A DNA stretch of 64,000 nt from Squalus acanthias (GCA_030390025.1 CM059432.1:116314001-116378000); one strand, 5' to 3'. Positions 39,642 through 53,539 are shown, counted from the first letter of the stretch. Notes: generated from the sequence alone by a model not told the origin. Numbers and translations are program-made.

Positions 39642-40337
39642 CGTTAGATCAGCCCTGATGGCAAAGTTTTCTGGCTTGATGTCACAAAGATGAAGCTGGT
39701 GGGAAAAGTCGTTCTCAAAGTGCCTGGCCAGTTCAAGAAAGCTCAGTGCAATTCCATTGGTCATCTGCCACAAGGCCTTTCTGCTGCTGCCTCGCCAGGA
39801 AGGGGTGACCAGCTCCTCCAGAGAGAAGAGGTTGTGATGCCAAGCGTGGCCAGCTGTAAGGTACTCAACAGCATAGAAATGCCCACAGGAGCCCACCACT
39901 CTGAGAACATGCTTACTGAGATCCTGCAGCAACTGGAAAAAGACGTATTCCTCCTGCTGTAAGAGGGACCACATACTGGCTAGCTCTGCCCTGGAAAACG
40001 AGCCTCTTCTGTCTTTTAAGTGCTCGGTCCATAACCGTGGCACTGTGACATTCTTCACCTCCAGACCCAAGGAATGTTTGATTTCCAGTGCAGTGAAGAC
40101 AAGGATGTCAATGTCTGGAATGGGTCTGCTTTCTCGCTCGTCCAACAGGTACAGACTCTTATAGCTCAAGAAGTTTTCCAGTTTGGATTTCAGGATTATT
40201 GGCCGACCATTCCAATCAGCCTGGATGACTTTTTTCCCTTTATCATAGTAAAGACAGCGTTTATAAACCATTGTCTGCGTGACGCACAAATCCTCGCACA
40301 GGTCTCCTGTCAGGACTCCTTGCCTGTAGTCATGGCA
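39642..40337 (-). CDS. DIPK1C: DIPK1C coding exon 2 (232 aa; Cys-rich N-lobe through catalytic loop)
   Basis: Within ORF 39618..40469; CAG acceptor at 40338-40340, GTAAT donor at 39637-39641; CHDYRQGVLTGDLCEDLC, IILKSK, WSLLQQEEY, GSCGHFYAVEYL, LHLCDIKPENFAI are FAM69-family motifs. Confidence 0.95.
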
Positions 40338-40535
40338 CTGGAACAAACATAGAAATACACAGTCAGCTCTATTGTATTTTACTGAAACGAAGGGCACCAA
40401 AATATGAGTGTTCAGTGCATTTAAAGTGCAATTAAACATCAAAGCTTTATGCACTGAAAATCTTAACATTAGATTTGAAATATTATATAACAGGTAATAT
40501 TTGTCAGGAACCTATGTTTGTATTGTTTCTGGAAT

Positions 40536-40985
40536 GAAAGAAAGACTTGCATTTATATAGCACCTCTCACGACCACCAGATGTCTCAAAGCACTTTACAG
40601 TCAATGAAGTACTTTTTGAAGTGGAGTCACTGTTGTAATGTGGGAAACGCGGCAGCCAATTTGCGCACAGCAAGGTCCCACAAACAGCAATGTGATAATG
40701 ACCACATAATCTGCTTTTTGTTATGTTGGTTGAGGGGTAAATATTGGCCAGGACACCAGGTATAACTCCTCTGCTCTTCTTCGAAATAGTGCCATGGGAT
40801 CTTTTATGTCCACCTGAGAGAGCAGACAGGGCCTCGGTTTAACGTCTCATCCGAAAGACGGTACCTCCGACAGTGCAGCACTCCCTCAGCACTGCACGGG
40901 AGTGTCAGCCTAGCTTTATGTGCTCAAGTCCCTGGAGTGGGACTTGAACCCACAACCTTCTGACTCAGAGGCGAGTGTGCCACCA
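40536..40985 (-). mobile_element. Full-length tRNA-headed Deu-domain SINE with L2-like tail
   Basis: Head tggcacactcgcctctgagtcagaaggttgtgggttcaagtcccac; Deu core cttgctgtgcgcaaattggctgccgcgtttcc; tail ctatataaatgcaagtctttc. Confidence 0.85.
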
Positions 40986-41059
40986 ATGATTATTAAGACT
41001 CTCAGCTTATTAACTTTATTATAGCTGTACTCCATCTGCTTGTTAACAGGTAGTTAACA

Positions 41060-41725
41060 GGCAGTTAAGAGGCTTTTTCCAATTTTGACACTTCTACTGC
41101 GGGCTTCCCAACGTCAGGAAACCCCGCCAGGGTAAGTGTGGCGTGCTGTGGGTCTGCTGTAGTGTTTGTGCATAGATGACAGCTGCAGAAGTGGTGTGAA
41201 GGATCCAATGGGACACTGGTGAGTTGCAGAGGTAAGAAAATATTGGGAAAGTCATTTTTAATGTGTTTAGAATTTTCTGTACGTGACAAGCTTTGAAGTG
41301 TTTGTGTAGTCCCACCTCATTGGGAGAACCTCTCTCACCAGTGACAGATCGCTTCTGTAACCTCACCTGCAGCTGCCATCTGTTTTAGCCTAAGAAGAGT
41401 CAGTGGAGAGCCTGGGTCCAAGGGCTCACCTTTGTACAGTGATTGTCAGTGTTTGCAGCACCTCAATGCTGTCAAACACTGAAAAAAATCATGTCAAAAA
41501 GAAATGGTGGTGGCCCCTTTAAGAAAACCGACAGATGACGCATCATCAACTGACGTCATCTGACACTGGCTTCTACTTAATTGGCCGGCAAGCCCGCAGG
41601 GCGGGCTTAACAAGGCGAATTGATGCAAAATAGCATCTGTACGTCGGACGTCGCTGGGGACGGGACTAGAACCCGAAAGGCAGCAGTCCCGCCCCCAACG
41701 CGCCTCTTCAGGTAAGATCCCGGCC
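41060..41725. mobile_element. Harbinger-like non-autonomous remnant
   Basis: Shares cagtgtttgcagcacctcaatg and cctttaagaaaaccg..gatgacg subterminal blocks with 22331-24006 and 42472-43059. Confidence 0.5.
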
Positions 41726-42124
41726 AATGAAACCAAAATTCCCTGAAAGTTATGTTATACATGACACCACTTTGAAAAGTGTAACCCTCCAACACAGAGG
41801 GTAAGAAAAAACAAATCAGTTTACACTTGTATAATGAATTACTGTGAAGTGTAGTTGTTGTTATGTGGAAAAGTGCAGCAGCCTTTTTGCGTGCAGCAAG
41901 ATCCCACAAGAAACAATGAAATGACTGGTCAAGTCATAGGTTTTTGGTGGTGATGTTTGAGGGAGAAATATTGGCTGAGACACTAAGAGAGCTTACGAAT
42001 AGTGCAATGTTCTGACCGCTGAAACAGGCAGACGAAGGAACTTCGGTTCATATGAAGACTGGCACTTCAGACAATGCAGCACTCCCTCAGTGCTACACTG
42101 GAGTGTCAGCTTAGATTATATTGC

Positions 42125-44170
42125 ATAGACTTACATAGAATTACATACAATATACAGCACCAAAACAGGCCATTCAGGCCATTCAGCCCAACCAGTCAAT
42201 GCCGGCGTTTATGCTCCAATCGAGCCTCCTCCCGTCTTTCCTCATCTAACTCTATCAGCATAACCCTCTATTCTCTTCTCCCTCATATGTTTATTGAGCC
42301 TCACCTTAAATGCATCTATACTATTCGCTTCAACCACTCCCTGTGGTAGCGAGTTCCACATTCTCACCTCTCTCTGGGTAAAGAAGTTTCTTCTGAATTC
42401 CCTATTTGATTTCTTGGTGACTATCTTATTGATGGCCTCTAGTTTTGCTCTTGCCCACAAGTGGAAACACTGGGGGGAATTTTCCAGGGGGGTTGGCGGA
42501 CGCGATCGGTGGCGGGTTGGGTGGGAATGTGGTTTTTTTTGACAGTGGGTCGGGACCCCGCTGAAAGGTTTGCGCCACTGCAGCCTGGTCCTCCTGACCA
42601 CATCCCTGCTTGTGTCCTCCTGTGCAATGTGCAACCAGGCTGCATTGGTCTCCTGGGGAGGTCTCTTCCACCCATTGGAAGGGAAGAGGACCTCCCTGCA
42701 TGCTGTGACTCCCTCCATAAGCATATGGACGGAGTCATGGGAGAGCTTGGGTGCAGCCGCGCACCTCTGTGCAGTGCTTGTCAGTGTTTACAGCACCTCA
42801 ATGCTGCAGAACACTGACAGCAAAACTGTCAAAATAAATTTGCGCATGGTCCCTTTAAGAAAACCGGCTGATGACGCGTCATCAAATGACATCACCAGAC
42901 CCGCTTCCTCTAATTGGATCGGGAAACACGCTAGGCGGGCTTAACAAGCCCAATCGGGGGAAAGTCTTGTCGGAGGCCGGGATGAAGCCAACAGCGAGGC
43001 TGCGACCCGCTACTGACCTCGCCCGCCACAGACCCGCCGAGGTAGAGAAAATCGGGGCCACTCTCTCTGTGCCCACTCTATCAAAACCTTTCATAACTTT
43101 AAAGACCGCTATTAGGTCACCTGCATTGTTGAATATATTCAAGGCTGAGATAGATAGATTTTTGGACACTCGGGGAATCAAGGGATATGGAGATCGGGCG
43201 GGAAAGTGGAGTTGAGGTCGATGATCAGCCATGATCTTACTGAATGGCGGAGCAGGCTCGAGGGACCGTATCGCCTACTCCTGCTCTTACTTCTTATGTT
43301 CTTATGTTCTTAAGTTCACCCCTCAGCCTTCTCTTTTGAAGAGAAAAGAGACCCAGCCTGTTCATCCTTTCCTGATAGGTACAACCTTGCATTTCTGGTA
43401 TCATTCTTGTAAATCTTTTTTGCACCCTCTGCAGAGCCGCTATATCCTTTTTATAATATGGCGACCAGATTTGTACACAGTACACCATGTGTGGTCTAAC
43501 CAAGGTTTGATACAAGTTTAGCATAACTTCCCTACTTTTCAATTCTATCCCTCTAGAAATAAACCCTAGTGCTTGGTATTTTTTTTATGGCCTTGTTATC
43601 CTGTGTCACTACTTTCAGTGATTTGTGTATTTGTACTCCGAGATCCCTTTGCTCTTCTACCCCATTTCTTTTCCAAGTAATATGTGACCTCCTTGTTTTT
43701 CTTACCAAAATGTAAAACCTCACATTTTTCCTGTGTTACAATTCATTTGCCAATTATATGCCCATTCTGCAATTTTATTAATGTCTTCTTGTAATTTGTT
43801 GCAGTCCTTCTCAGTATTGACCATCCCCACAATTTGGTGTCATCTTCAAATTTAGAAATTGTGTTTTTGATTCCAAAGTCTAAATCGTTAATATAAATTG
43901 TGAACAACATTGGTCCCAGCACTGATCGTTATGGGACCCCACTTTCCATCTTCTGCCATTCTGAATAACTACCCTTTACCCCTACTCTCTGCTTTCTGTC
44001 TTGAAACCAGTTACCTATCCATTCTGCTACTTGTCCCATGACTCAGCATGCTCTGACCTTATTCATTAGTCTATTATATGGCACCTTATCAAAGGCCTTT
44101 TGGAAATCTAGATCAATTACATTTACTACATTACCCTTGTCTACTCTCTCTGTTACCTCTTCAAAGAATT
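42125..44170 (-). mobile_element. CR1 fragment split by a Harbinger element and a + strand CR1 3' end (~43125-43310)
   Basis: ORF 43294..43542 LYQTLVRPHMVYC; 3' UTR at 42125-42260; RT remnants to 44170. Confidence 0.8.
42472..43059 (-). mobile_element. Non-autonomous PIF/Harbinger element with 3-bp TSD (ACT)
   Basis: ACT at 42469-42471 and 43060-43062; removal restores CR1 gtggaaacactctctctgt; Myb/SANT remnant matches 23520-23720. Confidence 0.8.
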
Positions 44171-44261
44171 TAATGTTTATATAGTGTTTAGAAGTTTCCT
44201 AGTGTATGGTAAAAATAAGTTAACAGTGTATTGTTTTATCAACACTTTAGTATATGAGCTA

Positions 44262-45275
44262 TAGGAACATAGGAACAGGAGTAGGCCATTTAGCCCCTTG
44301 AGCCTGTTCTGCCATTCAATGAGATATGGCGATCTGCAACCTAACTCCATGTACCTGCCTTTGACTATTTTCCCTTAATAGCTTTGGTTGACAAAAATCT
44401 ATCAATCTCAGATTTAAAATTACTAATTGATCTAGTATCAATTGTCATTTGCGGAAGAGAGTTCCAAAATTTTACCACCCTTTGTGTGTAGAAGTGTTTC
44501 CTAATTTCACTCCTGAAAGGTCTGGCTCTAATTTTTAGACTATGCCCCGACTCCTAGACTCCCCAACCAGGAAATAGTTTATCTTTATCTGTTCCCCTTA
44601 ATATCTTGAAAACTTTGATCAGATCACCCCTTAACCTTCTAAATTCTAGGAAATACAATCCTAATTTGTGTAATCTCTCCTCATAATGTAACTCTTGGAG
44701 TCCAGGTATCATTCTGGTAAACCTATGCTGCACTCCCTCCAAAGCCAATATATCCTTCCTGAGGTGTGGTGCCCAGAACTGCTCACAGTACTCCAGGTGT
44801 GGTCTAACCAGGGCTTTGTATAGCTGCAGCATAACTTCTACCTGCTTGTATTCTAGTCCTCTAGATATAAAGGCCAGTATTCCATTAGCCTTTTTGATTA
44901 TTTCTGTACCTGTTCATGACATTTTAATGATCTATGTATCTGGACCCCCAAGTCTCTTTGAGCCTCCACTGTTTTTAGCTTTTCACCATTTTGAAAGTAC
45001 CCTGTTGTATCCTTTTTAGTTCCAAAGTGGATGACCTCACATTTGCCTACACTGAAATCCATTTGCCACAGTTTTGCCCATTCACTTAATCTATCAATAT
45101 CTCTTTGTAATTTTATGATTCCATCTACACTGCCTACAATGCCACCTATCTTTGCGTCATCAGCAAATTTGGATATATGACTTTCTATCCCATTATCTAA
45201 GTCATTAATAAATACAGTGAATAATTGAGGCCCCAACACAGATCCCTGCGGAACACCACTAGTCACCTCCTGCGA
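44262..45275 (-). mobile_element. CR1 3' fragment
   Basis: GVPQGSVLGPQLF, KFADDAKI, LYKALVRPHLEYC. Confidence 0.88.
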
Positions 45276-46659
45276 TTTTGCTTAATTTTATTCTCTGTAG
45301 AACTCAATGGAACCGTCATTTGGATCACAGCTATAATATGACAGGACAGTGGCTAAACATTGCTAAGCAACAGTGGCCACTTGATCAATAAATTAGCCAC
45401 ATTGCTGTTTTAAATAGGGAAAGGTGCTTAATCCAATTGTTCTGTGAGAAATGCTATGCTCAGAGAGTAACAGTCAGAATGAAGAAGGTATAATTTGGTA
45501 ACACATCCCTCAAAGCCCTACTGCAGGTCGTAATGCAGGCTAACCACATAATTTATAGCAGCATCAGACACCTCTTCCTCCTGAAACAAAGGGTTCATGT
45601 GGTATGGAAAAAACAACTGTAACAGTCAATGTGGTTCAACACACCCGCTACACATTCCATTCTCTGATTTGTAAAGTGCACTGTGACTTCTTTCCAATGT
45701 GAAGAGCACTTTATAAATGCAAGTTGATGTTGCCTCTGTTGTTGCACATGGAAAGAAATTAGGCAGAAAATCTCTGTCCTCAGGATAGTTACCAAGATAT
45801 GTCATTGCTCTAATAGTGAGTGTATGATATTGGGGAATGTAAAGGAAGCACCAGTTAACAATAGTAAGTGGTTATAGAGGTGTTGAAAGATAACTTTTTT
45901 TTTAAAGTTGTTCACTATCTAATCACTGGCATTGTAATACTGGGAATTTGAATACTGATGTGAAGTATCACAGCAAGGCATATATGTGTCACAAAATAAT
46001 TAGCAGTTCACAAAAGAGAGTGCATATATAACAGAAAGACCTGACCATGTCCTTGTAATCTGCAGAAGGTTAGAGCTGTAGCTAGCAAGATAATGGAAAT
46101 CATTGGAATTACCCACAACCTCAGACACTATCTACCATATTTACATTGCCGATGTACAATGCACTCTCATCCACCCTCCAGCAATGTCATGTGCATGGCC
46201 CAGGCGATTGGCTTTACTGTTGACACCAGTTAAGTGTCATCATCTGTCTTTGCAAAAGTGATAATAGATGCATGGAAACAATCCAGGGCCACTCAGTTAG
46301 ACTAAGCCAGCACGTTGCTGGCATACATGCTAGATTTTCTGAGTTCAAAACACAGGAACATCAGAGGTCACCCAAATCCTAGAAGGCTCCTTTTCAGAGT
46401 TAACAGCCATCCAACAAATTTACTTCTTTCATTCTGGTTGCAGTTGTGAGCAGCTCACAATGTGGAGGACCAATGCATGATTCACAGCACTATGGTACAC
46501 CATAAGGAAGCACCAATCACAGTAACTGCACACATTATTGCATAAATAAGGATGAATAACTTCTTTTAATTTTTGAGGAATTCCTTTTTTTAAATTTTGA
46601 TCAATTGTCATGATAATAGGCCACACACCAATGCTATGCCACCTCCTGCCCCCTTCACC

Positions 46660-48890
46660 CACACCTCCAATACCAAATGCGAGAAGCTCGTGGAATGTTT
46701 TTTGTCTCTATCAAGACAATCCATGCAGCTGACTCTGCTGCTTCCTCCTTTATCCCGGACCTCCCCTTCATCCATGCTCCCAACCATTCCAACGCTATCC
46801 CTTCATCGCTTTGAGTTTCTCCCCCTTGCTCTTTAAAAACTAATTTCTTCCATGAAACCCTTCTTTTGCTCCCTGGATCCCCTCTCAAACAACTTCTATT
46901 CATTCAACTACCACTCCTGGTCTCCATGCTAGCTGACATTGTTCATGGTTCCCTTTCCATAGGGACTATCCCTCTCCCCTTTAGAATTGTTGTCATCATG
47001 TCCCTACTCGAAAACCTATCTTGGATCCATCTGTCCTCTCAATCTGTCATCCCATTGCTATCCTCCCTTTACTTGCTAACGTTCTCAACTATGATGTTAT
47101 TTCCCAGTTCTATACCCATCTCTCCAGAAACTTGAACTCTGCCCACCTGATGGGAACGAGGTGGGCGAGTCATGAAAATGGCAGCCAGGTGCTTAATGCT
47201 GCATTCTCGCACGTTTGCGGCCGCAGTTATTTTAACTGTGGGGTTACCGGCAGCGTGGGGTCGCAGGAAGGCAGATGCCTCATCAATATTTAAATGTCGG
47301 GTTCCAACGATGGCATTCAGACCCCGATGTGATCTTTACTGCCAATCGTGGCAGTGACAGCCCAACACAAGTAAAACTTGGGCCTCCCCTGCCCCAAGCT
47401 ACCCTCCCCCTCCTCTGATTGCAATTGCATCCGGAGTCCCCTCAATGCTTAACTTGGTGCCAGAGACCATTCCTTTGGGACCAGACCTCCTAGTGTGCTA
47501 AATCTCACTCCCACACACCAGCCTTCTCATCATTCCTACTGGGAATCTCACGCTGTGGGGATCCAGACGGTTTGCCGCCTGCTTCAGTCCCCTCATGCCG
47601 CACTTAGGCTCCAAGTTAAAATCTGGACTACTGTCCTTGAATCCCTCACGTGTGGCTTCTGCCCATATCACAACACTGAGCCCAGCCCGGCCAAAATCAT
47701 CAATCACATCCTCTGTGACATTGACCATGGTGCACTCTCTCTCCTTATCCTTCTCAATCTTAGAGGTTGTTCATGTTGTCCTCCTCCACTGCCTCTCCTC
47801 CATTGTTCAGCTCCATGGGACTGCCCTTGCCTACTTCCACTCCTATCTATCCAGACACAACCAGAGCATCTCTAGTAATGGTTTATCTTCCTTACCCTTC
47901 ACGGTCACTTTGGAAGCTCCCAAGGATCTATCTATGCAGCACCCACCCTCCCTTTCCTCATCTATATACTCCTGCTTGGTGACATCATCCACAGGCAAAA
48001 GGTCAGCTTCAATATGTATATTGACGTTACCCAGCTCAATCTCACCTCACTTCTTTTGACCTTTTGAACACTTCCGTGCTATCAGACTGCGTTGTCCAAC
48101 ATCAAGTCTTGAATGAGCTACAACTTCCTTCAGCTGAACATTGGAAAGACTGAAGATATAGTTCTTGGTGCTCACTATGCACTCTACTCCCTTGACTCTG
48201 ATTCTATTCCTCCCCCTGACATCTCAGCCTGAACAATTGTGCACAATCTTGGCAGTCTTTTCACCCTGAACTCAGTTTCAAACCCCACATTCTATCCATC
48301 ACTGAGAGTTCTTACTTCTATCTCCTCCAACATTGCCCACCTCTGGCCCTTCCTTAGTCCCCCCAATGGTGAAACCCTCACTCATGCTGTTGTAATCTTC
48401 AGATTTGATTATTCCAATGCACCCCCTTCTGATATTCCTTTATCTATGCTCCAACATGCCCATAACCTGTCCGACACGAAGCCTTGCTTGCCCATCACAC
48501 CTGTCCTCACAGATCGATGCTGGCTCCCTCTCCCCCAGCACATTAAATCATTGTCCTCTTCTTCAAATTGCTCCTCACTCCACTCTATGTCCGCAACCTC
48601 CTCCAGACTTACTTTCTCTCCATATTCTATCATCTTCTGACTCTGGCCTCCTGTCCATCCCATCCTCCCTCCACTCCTGCCCAATTGGTTGGAAGACTTT
48701 TCAACTCCCTCCTAAACCCTTCCACCTTTTTACTTCTTTCTCTCCTCTTTTAAAAACCTTTGCACACGCCTTCAATCACAACTCCTAAAACTCACTTCAC
48801 CCAATGTTCTGGTCCTCGTGCTACTGCTTTATGAAGTGCCTTAGGACATTATGTAAGATGGTATATAAATGTAACTTGCTGTCATTGTTG
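46660..48890 (+). mobile_element. Old L2 LINE with a non-coding insert at ~47130-47625
   Basis: MLADIVHGSLSIG, LNIGKTE, ETLTHAVVIFRFDYSN, ITPVL remnants; tail gtatataaatgtaacttgctg. Confidence 0.7.
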
Positions 48891-48989
48891 TTGCAAATTA
48901 TAAGAAATATGTGACATCAAATAAATGGCCTGAAACGATAAATCGGCACTGCTAACTACTTAAAGGGACATATATGCTATTCAAATGAA

Positions 48990-50620
48990 GTTGTTGTCAA
49001 TTAAAGTTTCATAGTCCAGCCTCCCTTGCTGCACAAGGTTCTTTGCTGCTAGTGGCTCCAAGGAAGCATTTTTCTCTGTCTCCTCCACTGCTAATGCTTG
49101 GGGCACCTTCTCAGCATCTTTCTATTGTGTTGTTATGGACCATGCAGCACACCACAGTTATTTCGAGAGCCTCTCTGTGGTATATTGCAATGCTTCCCTT
49201 GATATGTTTAAGCATGTGAATTGTTGCTTTAGAATTCTAACTGACTGCTCCCTTAAAATCCTTGTTCAGACATGTACTCCATAATGTTCCTATTCTGTCA
49301 GGCTACACAGATGCAGCAACTGGGTCACCAGACATGCGATGTAGGGCTTATGCAAAATCTCTAAGAAGTAACGCTCCAACTATGTTCCCCCTTTGAACAA
49401 TTTTGAACGGAATTATTAAGGCAGGCATCATTGGACTGATTTTAAGTCAGCCCGCCTGGCACAAACAGGGAGGTAGTGGCCCGGATCACCCCCCGTTCTC
49501 CCCCCCCCACCACCATTTACACTGGCACGCCAGCCACCGCCATCTTTTTGTGGGGCTAGAAAGGGGCAGGAGTGCTCCTTCAGGCTCCATGAGAATACTG
49601 TGGATGCTGCCACTCAATACTTGCCCCCTCATGGACCTACCGGCCAGTCGGCCGGCTCGGTATCCAGGCTGACCAGAACTCCTCCACTAGCCGACCAGCA
49701 AGCAGCAGCTCGCTGAGGCCATGCAAATAAGGCCCAAGCTTCTAAATGGCTGGAGCTCCTCTGCTGGCCTAACCAGCTGGCGGCCTGCGCACGTCGCTGA
49801 TCAGGCCGCCCAAAGGGCAACATCTACCCCCATGCGTGCTCCCAGGAAACCATGCATTCACATTCATGATTCTGTGGTAGTGGTTACGTACTATACATTA
49901 AATCCCTTCCTGTTCATGTACAACATGGCCTCCTAAACTGGAGCCTAAATGGGTACATGTGTGCTGTCAATTACACCCTGCACTTTGGGAAACTCCACAT
50001 CATGGTAGCATTTGGTTTATCTGTCCTGCTGCTACAGACAGTCATTGTTGAATTGTATGCAGGTGCTGCAATGGCGACAGAAGCCATCGGCCACATCTCT
50101 GATGCTGCAGTGGGCAGCAAATTGGGTGATGTCAGTGAAGTCTCCAACAGGTGCCTGAAATGACTCGGTGGTATGGAAGTTCAAAGCAACAATGACGTTT
50201 AACAGCCACTGGGAGTGCAGTGCTGATGTGCAAATATTTCCCCAGGTAGTTGTCAGTAATTACTTTCAGACTGTACTGGAGTCTGTTGTTTTTCTGTGAG
50301 GGCTATGTAGTTGTTCCTAGCATAATGCTCAAAGTGCACAGGGTGCCTCTGCGATCTGTGGCTCCATCTCACTGGCCTCTTAGCGCCGCAGCATTCTATT
50401 CTACCCCTTCTTGCTCATTAGGTTTGTTACTTCAGCACTGCATACAGGCCCTATGCAGCTGGCAACAAGTATTTGTTTCTGAATTTATACAGCTTCACTG
50501 GTTTATTGGCTTTGAATGCTGCTGTTACATCTACTTTAAATGGGCTTGGTAGATGCACAAAACATGCTTTGGAAGGGTATGGAATTAAAAGACTCTACTG
50601 AACCAATGGTATGTTATTAA
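48990..50620 (-). mobile_element. Decayed PIF/Harbinger DDE transposase, interrupted at ~49430-49830
   Basis: Hand translation: TALPVAVK..ALNF..ESFQ (~50230-50150), FPKVQGVIDSTHVPI (~50000-49950), KQQFTCL..LQY..VVCCMVHN (~49230-49130). Confidence 0.7.
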
Positions 50621-50725
50621 CATTGGCAGTCCCTGTTGTAGGGGATGAATTTCAGGTAAAGCGCTAAACAGAGCGTTAATGCACAACTGTCCAATAATAT
50701 GCATTGCATTTCTGTGCTAAAAGTA

Positions 50726-51058
50726 CAGGTTGAGTGTCCCGAATCCGGCAACCTTGGGACCGAGGCCGAGCCGGTTTTCGGGTTTTTCCGGACTTCGGAA
50801 CGTGTTTCTGATGTCCGAAGTCGGAAACGCCCGAGCCCAGGTTTCGATATTCCTGGACTTCGGATATCAGAAACACGTGCCGAGTCCGGAAATGCCTGGG
50901 CCCAGGTTGCGCTATTTCCGGTTTTTGGTAAGCCTCCCTCAGGGTGTCCGGATTCTGGAACAATTTACGGATTCCGGACCCCTGCCACCAATCGTCCCGG
51001 AGTCCGGATTCCGGAACATTCCGGATTCCGGAACTCCGGATTTGGGACACTCAACCTG
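50726..51058. mobile_element. Tc1/mariner (Tigger/pogo-like) MITE with TA TSD
   Basis: TA|CAGGTTGAGTGTCCCGAATCCGG ... CCGGATTTGGGACACTCAACCTG|TA; interior rich in TCCGGA repeats. Confidence 0.85.
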
Positions 51059-51396
51059 TAGTGGCCTGAAGAATTTCTAAGCTATGTCATTTTGTAATGT
51101 CTGTTGAATCAGTTCTCTCACGTTTGGTGGGTGTAGTCTTTATATACTCTCATGTACTGCAGAAATGCAGACTGTCAACAAAACACCTCTTAGCATATGA
51201 AAGTGTCGATAAACTGACTTGTCATATGATGGACAACTCCCTCAATAAATGTCATATCGAAGCTAATGAGTACCTGTGGGTAAATTATAGGGCCATCAAT
51301 GAAATGAGGAATTTGGATGAATCATAAATCAAAAAAAGGAAGTTGGAGCAGTATATAATTATCAGCTGAAACCCTAGTATTAGATTGTTACTTAAT

Positions 51397-51845
51397 AGAA
51401 AGAAGAAAGACTTGCATTTATATAACGCCTTTCACGACCACAGGATGCCCCAAAGTGCTTTACAGCCAATTAAGTACTTTTTGAAGTGTAGTCACTGTTG
51501 TAATGTAGGAAACGTGGCAGCCAATTTGTGCCCAGCAAGCTCCCACAAACAGCAAAGTGATAATGACCAGATAATCTGTTTTAGCTATATTGATTGACGG
51601 ATAAACATTGACCAGGACACTGGGAGAATTCCCCTGCTCTTCTTTGAAATAGTGCCATAGGATCTTTAAAATCCACCTGAGAGGGCAGACAGGGCCTCGG
51701 TTTAACGTCTCATCTGAAAGACAGCAGCAGCACTCCCTCAGCACTGCATTGGAGTGCCAGCCTAGATACTGTGCTCTGGAGTGGGACTTGAACCCACAAC
51801 TTTGTGACTCAGAGTCGAGGGTGCTACTGAGCCACAGCTGACACA
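51397..51845 (-). mobile_element. Deu-domain SINE
   Basis: Colinear with 40536-40985. Confidence 0.82.
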
Positions 51846-51861
51846 CAATATTACTTCCCAG

Positions 51862-53127
51862 GTGTTTTGTTAAAGGGAAATCCTGTTTGACAGACCTATT
51901 GGAGTTCTTTGAGGATGTAACTGGTGGAGTAGACAAAGGGGAACCGGTAGATTTTCAGAAGGCCTTCGATAAGGTCCCACACAAGAAGCTGGTGAACAAA
52001 ATTAGGGCACATGGAATTGGGGGTAATATACTAGCATGGGTTGAGAATTGGTTAACAGACAGAAAACAAAGAGTAGGGATAAACGGGTCTTTTTCAGGAT
52101 GGCAGGCTGTGACTAGTGGGGTACCACAAGGATTGGTGCTTGGGCCCCAGCTATTCACAATCTATATCAATGATTTGGATGAGGGGACTAAATGTAACAT
52201 TTCCAAATTTGCTGATGATACAAAGCTAGGTGGCAGTGTCAGATGTGAAGTGGCTTCAAGGGGATCTCGACAGGCTCAGTGAGTGGGTGAGAACATGGCA
52301 GATGGAATATAATGTGGATAAATGTGAAGTTATCCACTTTGGTAGAAAAAACAGAAAAGCAGAGTATTTCCTAAATGGTGAAAGATTGGGGAATGCAGAT
52401 GCTCAAAGGGACCTGGGTGTCTTTGTACATGAGCCACTTAAAGTGAATGTGCAGGTGCAGCAAGCCATTAGGAAGGCAAATGGTATGCTGGCCTTCATTA
52501 CAAGAGGATTTGAGTACAGGAGTAAAGAAGTCTTACTCCAATTATATAGGGCCTTGGTGAGACCACACCTGGAGTACTGTGTATAATTTTGGTCTCCTTA
52601 CCTAAGGAAGGATATAGTTGCCATAGAGGGAGTGCAACGAAGGTTCACGAGATTGATTCCTGGGATGGCGGGACTGTCGTATGAGAAGAGATTGAGTAAA
52701 CTCGGCCTGTATTCTCTTGAATTCAGAAGAATGAGAGGAGATCTCATTGAAGCATACAAAATTATTACAGGGCTTAATAGGGTGGATGCTGGGAGAATGT
52801 TTCCCTTGGCTGGGGAGTCTAGAACCAGGGGCCACAGCCTCAGGATAAAGGGTAGGCCATTCAGGACTGAGATGAGAAGAAATTTCTTCACACAGAGGGT
52901 GGTGAATCTTTGGAATTCTCTACCCCAGAGGGCTGTGGAGGCTCAGTCATTGGGTATATTCAAAACAGAAGTCGATAGATTTCTGACTAGTAAGGGCATC
53001 AAGGGATATGGCGATAGGGCCGGTGAATGGAGTTGAGGCAGAAGATCAGCCATGATCTCATTGAATGGCGGAGCAGGTTCAAAGAGCCGAATGGCCTACT
53101 CCTGCTCCTATTTCTTATGTTCTTATG
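51862..53127 (+). mobile_element. Young CR1 fragment, same subfamily as 25075-26655
   Basis: ORFs 51887..52282, 52230..52586, 52632..53036; last ~130 aa almost identical to ORF 25165..25758. Confidence 0.92.
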
Positions 53128-53539
53128 AATACCTTTTTTCCCCAATTTTTGTGGGAAAAATGGCTGCTGGTTGGTATGAGTCCTGGAGGTTTCCCTCTGA
53201 AGCTGCCTATTTGAGTTAATTGTTTAATTTGATGTCACACAATAGGGATGCCCCTGAAACAAATCTGCTGCAGCTTATGAATCTCAAGCAAAGTAATGGG
53301 GAAACACAATAGTGATAAACTAAGACCTGAATCATCGGTCAGGCCATTGTCACCTGTCACCAGCTCCAAAAAATAAGAGGGGAGATTTTCCTGGGTTAGA
53401 GCCCATTAATCCAGCCTGCATTCCTTTGGGACTCATTTCACATCCCCCACGTCCTGCCACCATCCCTCTTTTTTGCTTCTTACCCTCTTGTTCCTATTGC
53501 ATCTGCTACCCCTTCACCTTCTCACTCTACCTTTCACCA

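Noticed and set aside
39618..40469. 283-aa ORF as a stand-alone gene
   Set aside because: It is DIPK1C exon 2 plus intronic read-through on both sides of clear splice sites.
50676..51080. Overlapping ORFs on both strands and a CRISPR-like repetitive look
   Set aside because: Explained by a GC-rich palindromic MITE; no regular repeat-spacer periodicity and the context is eukaryotic.
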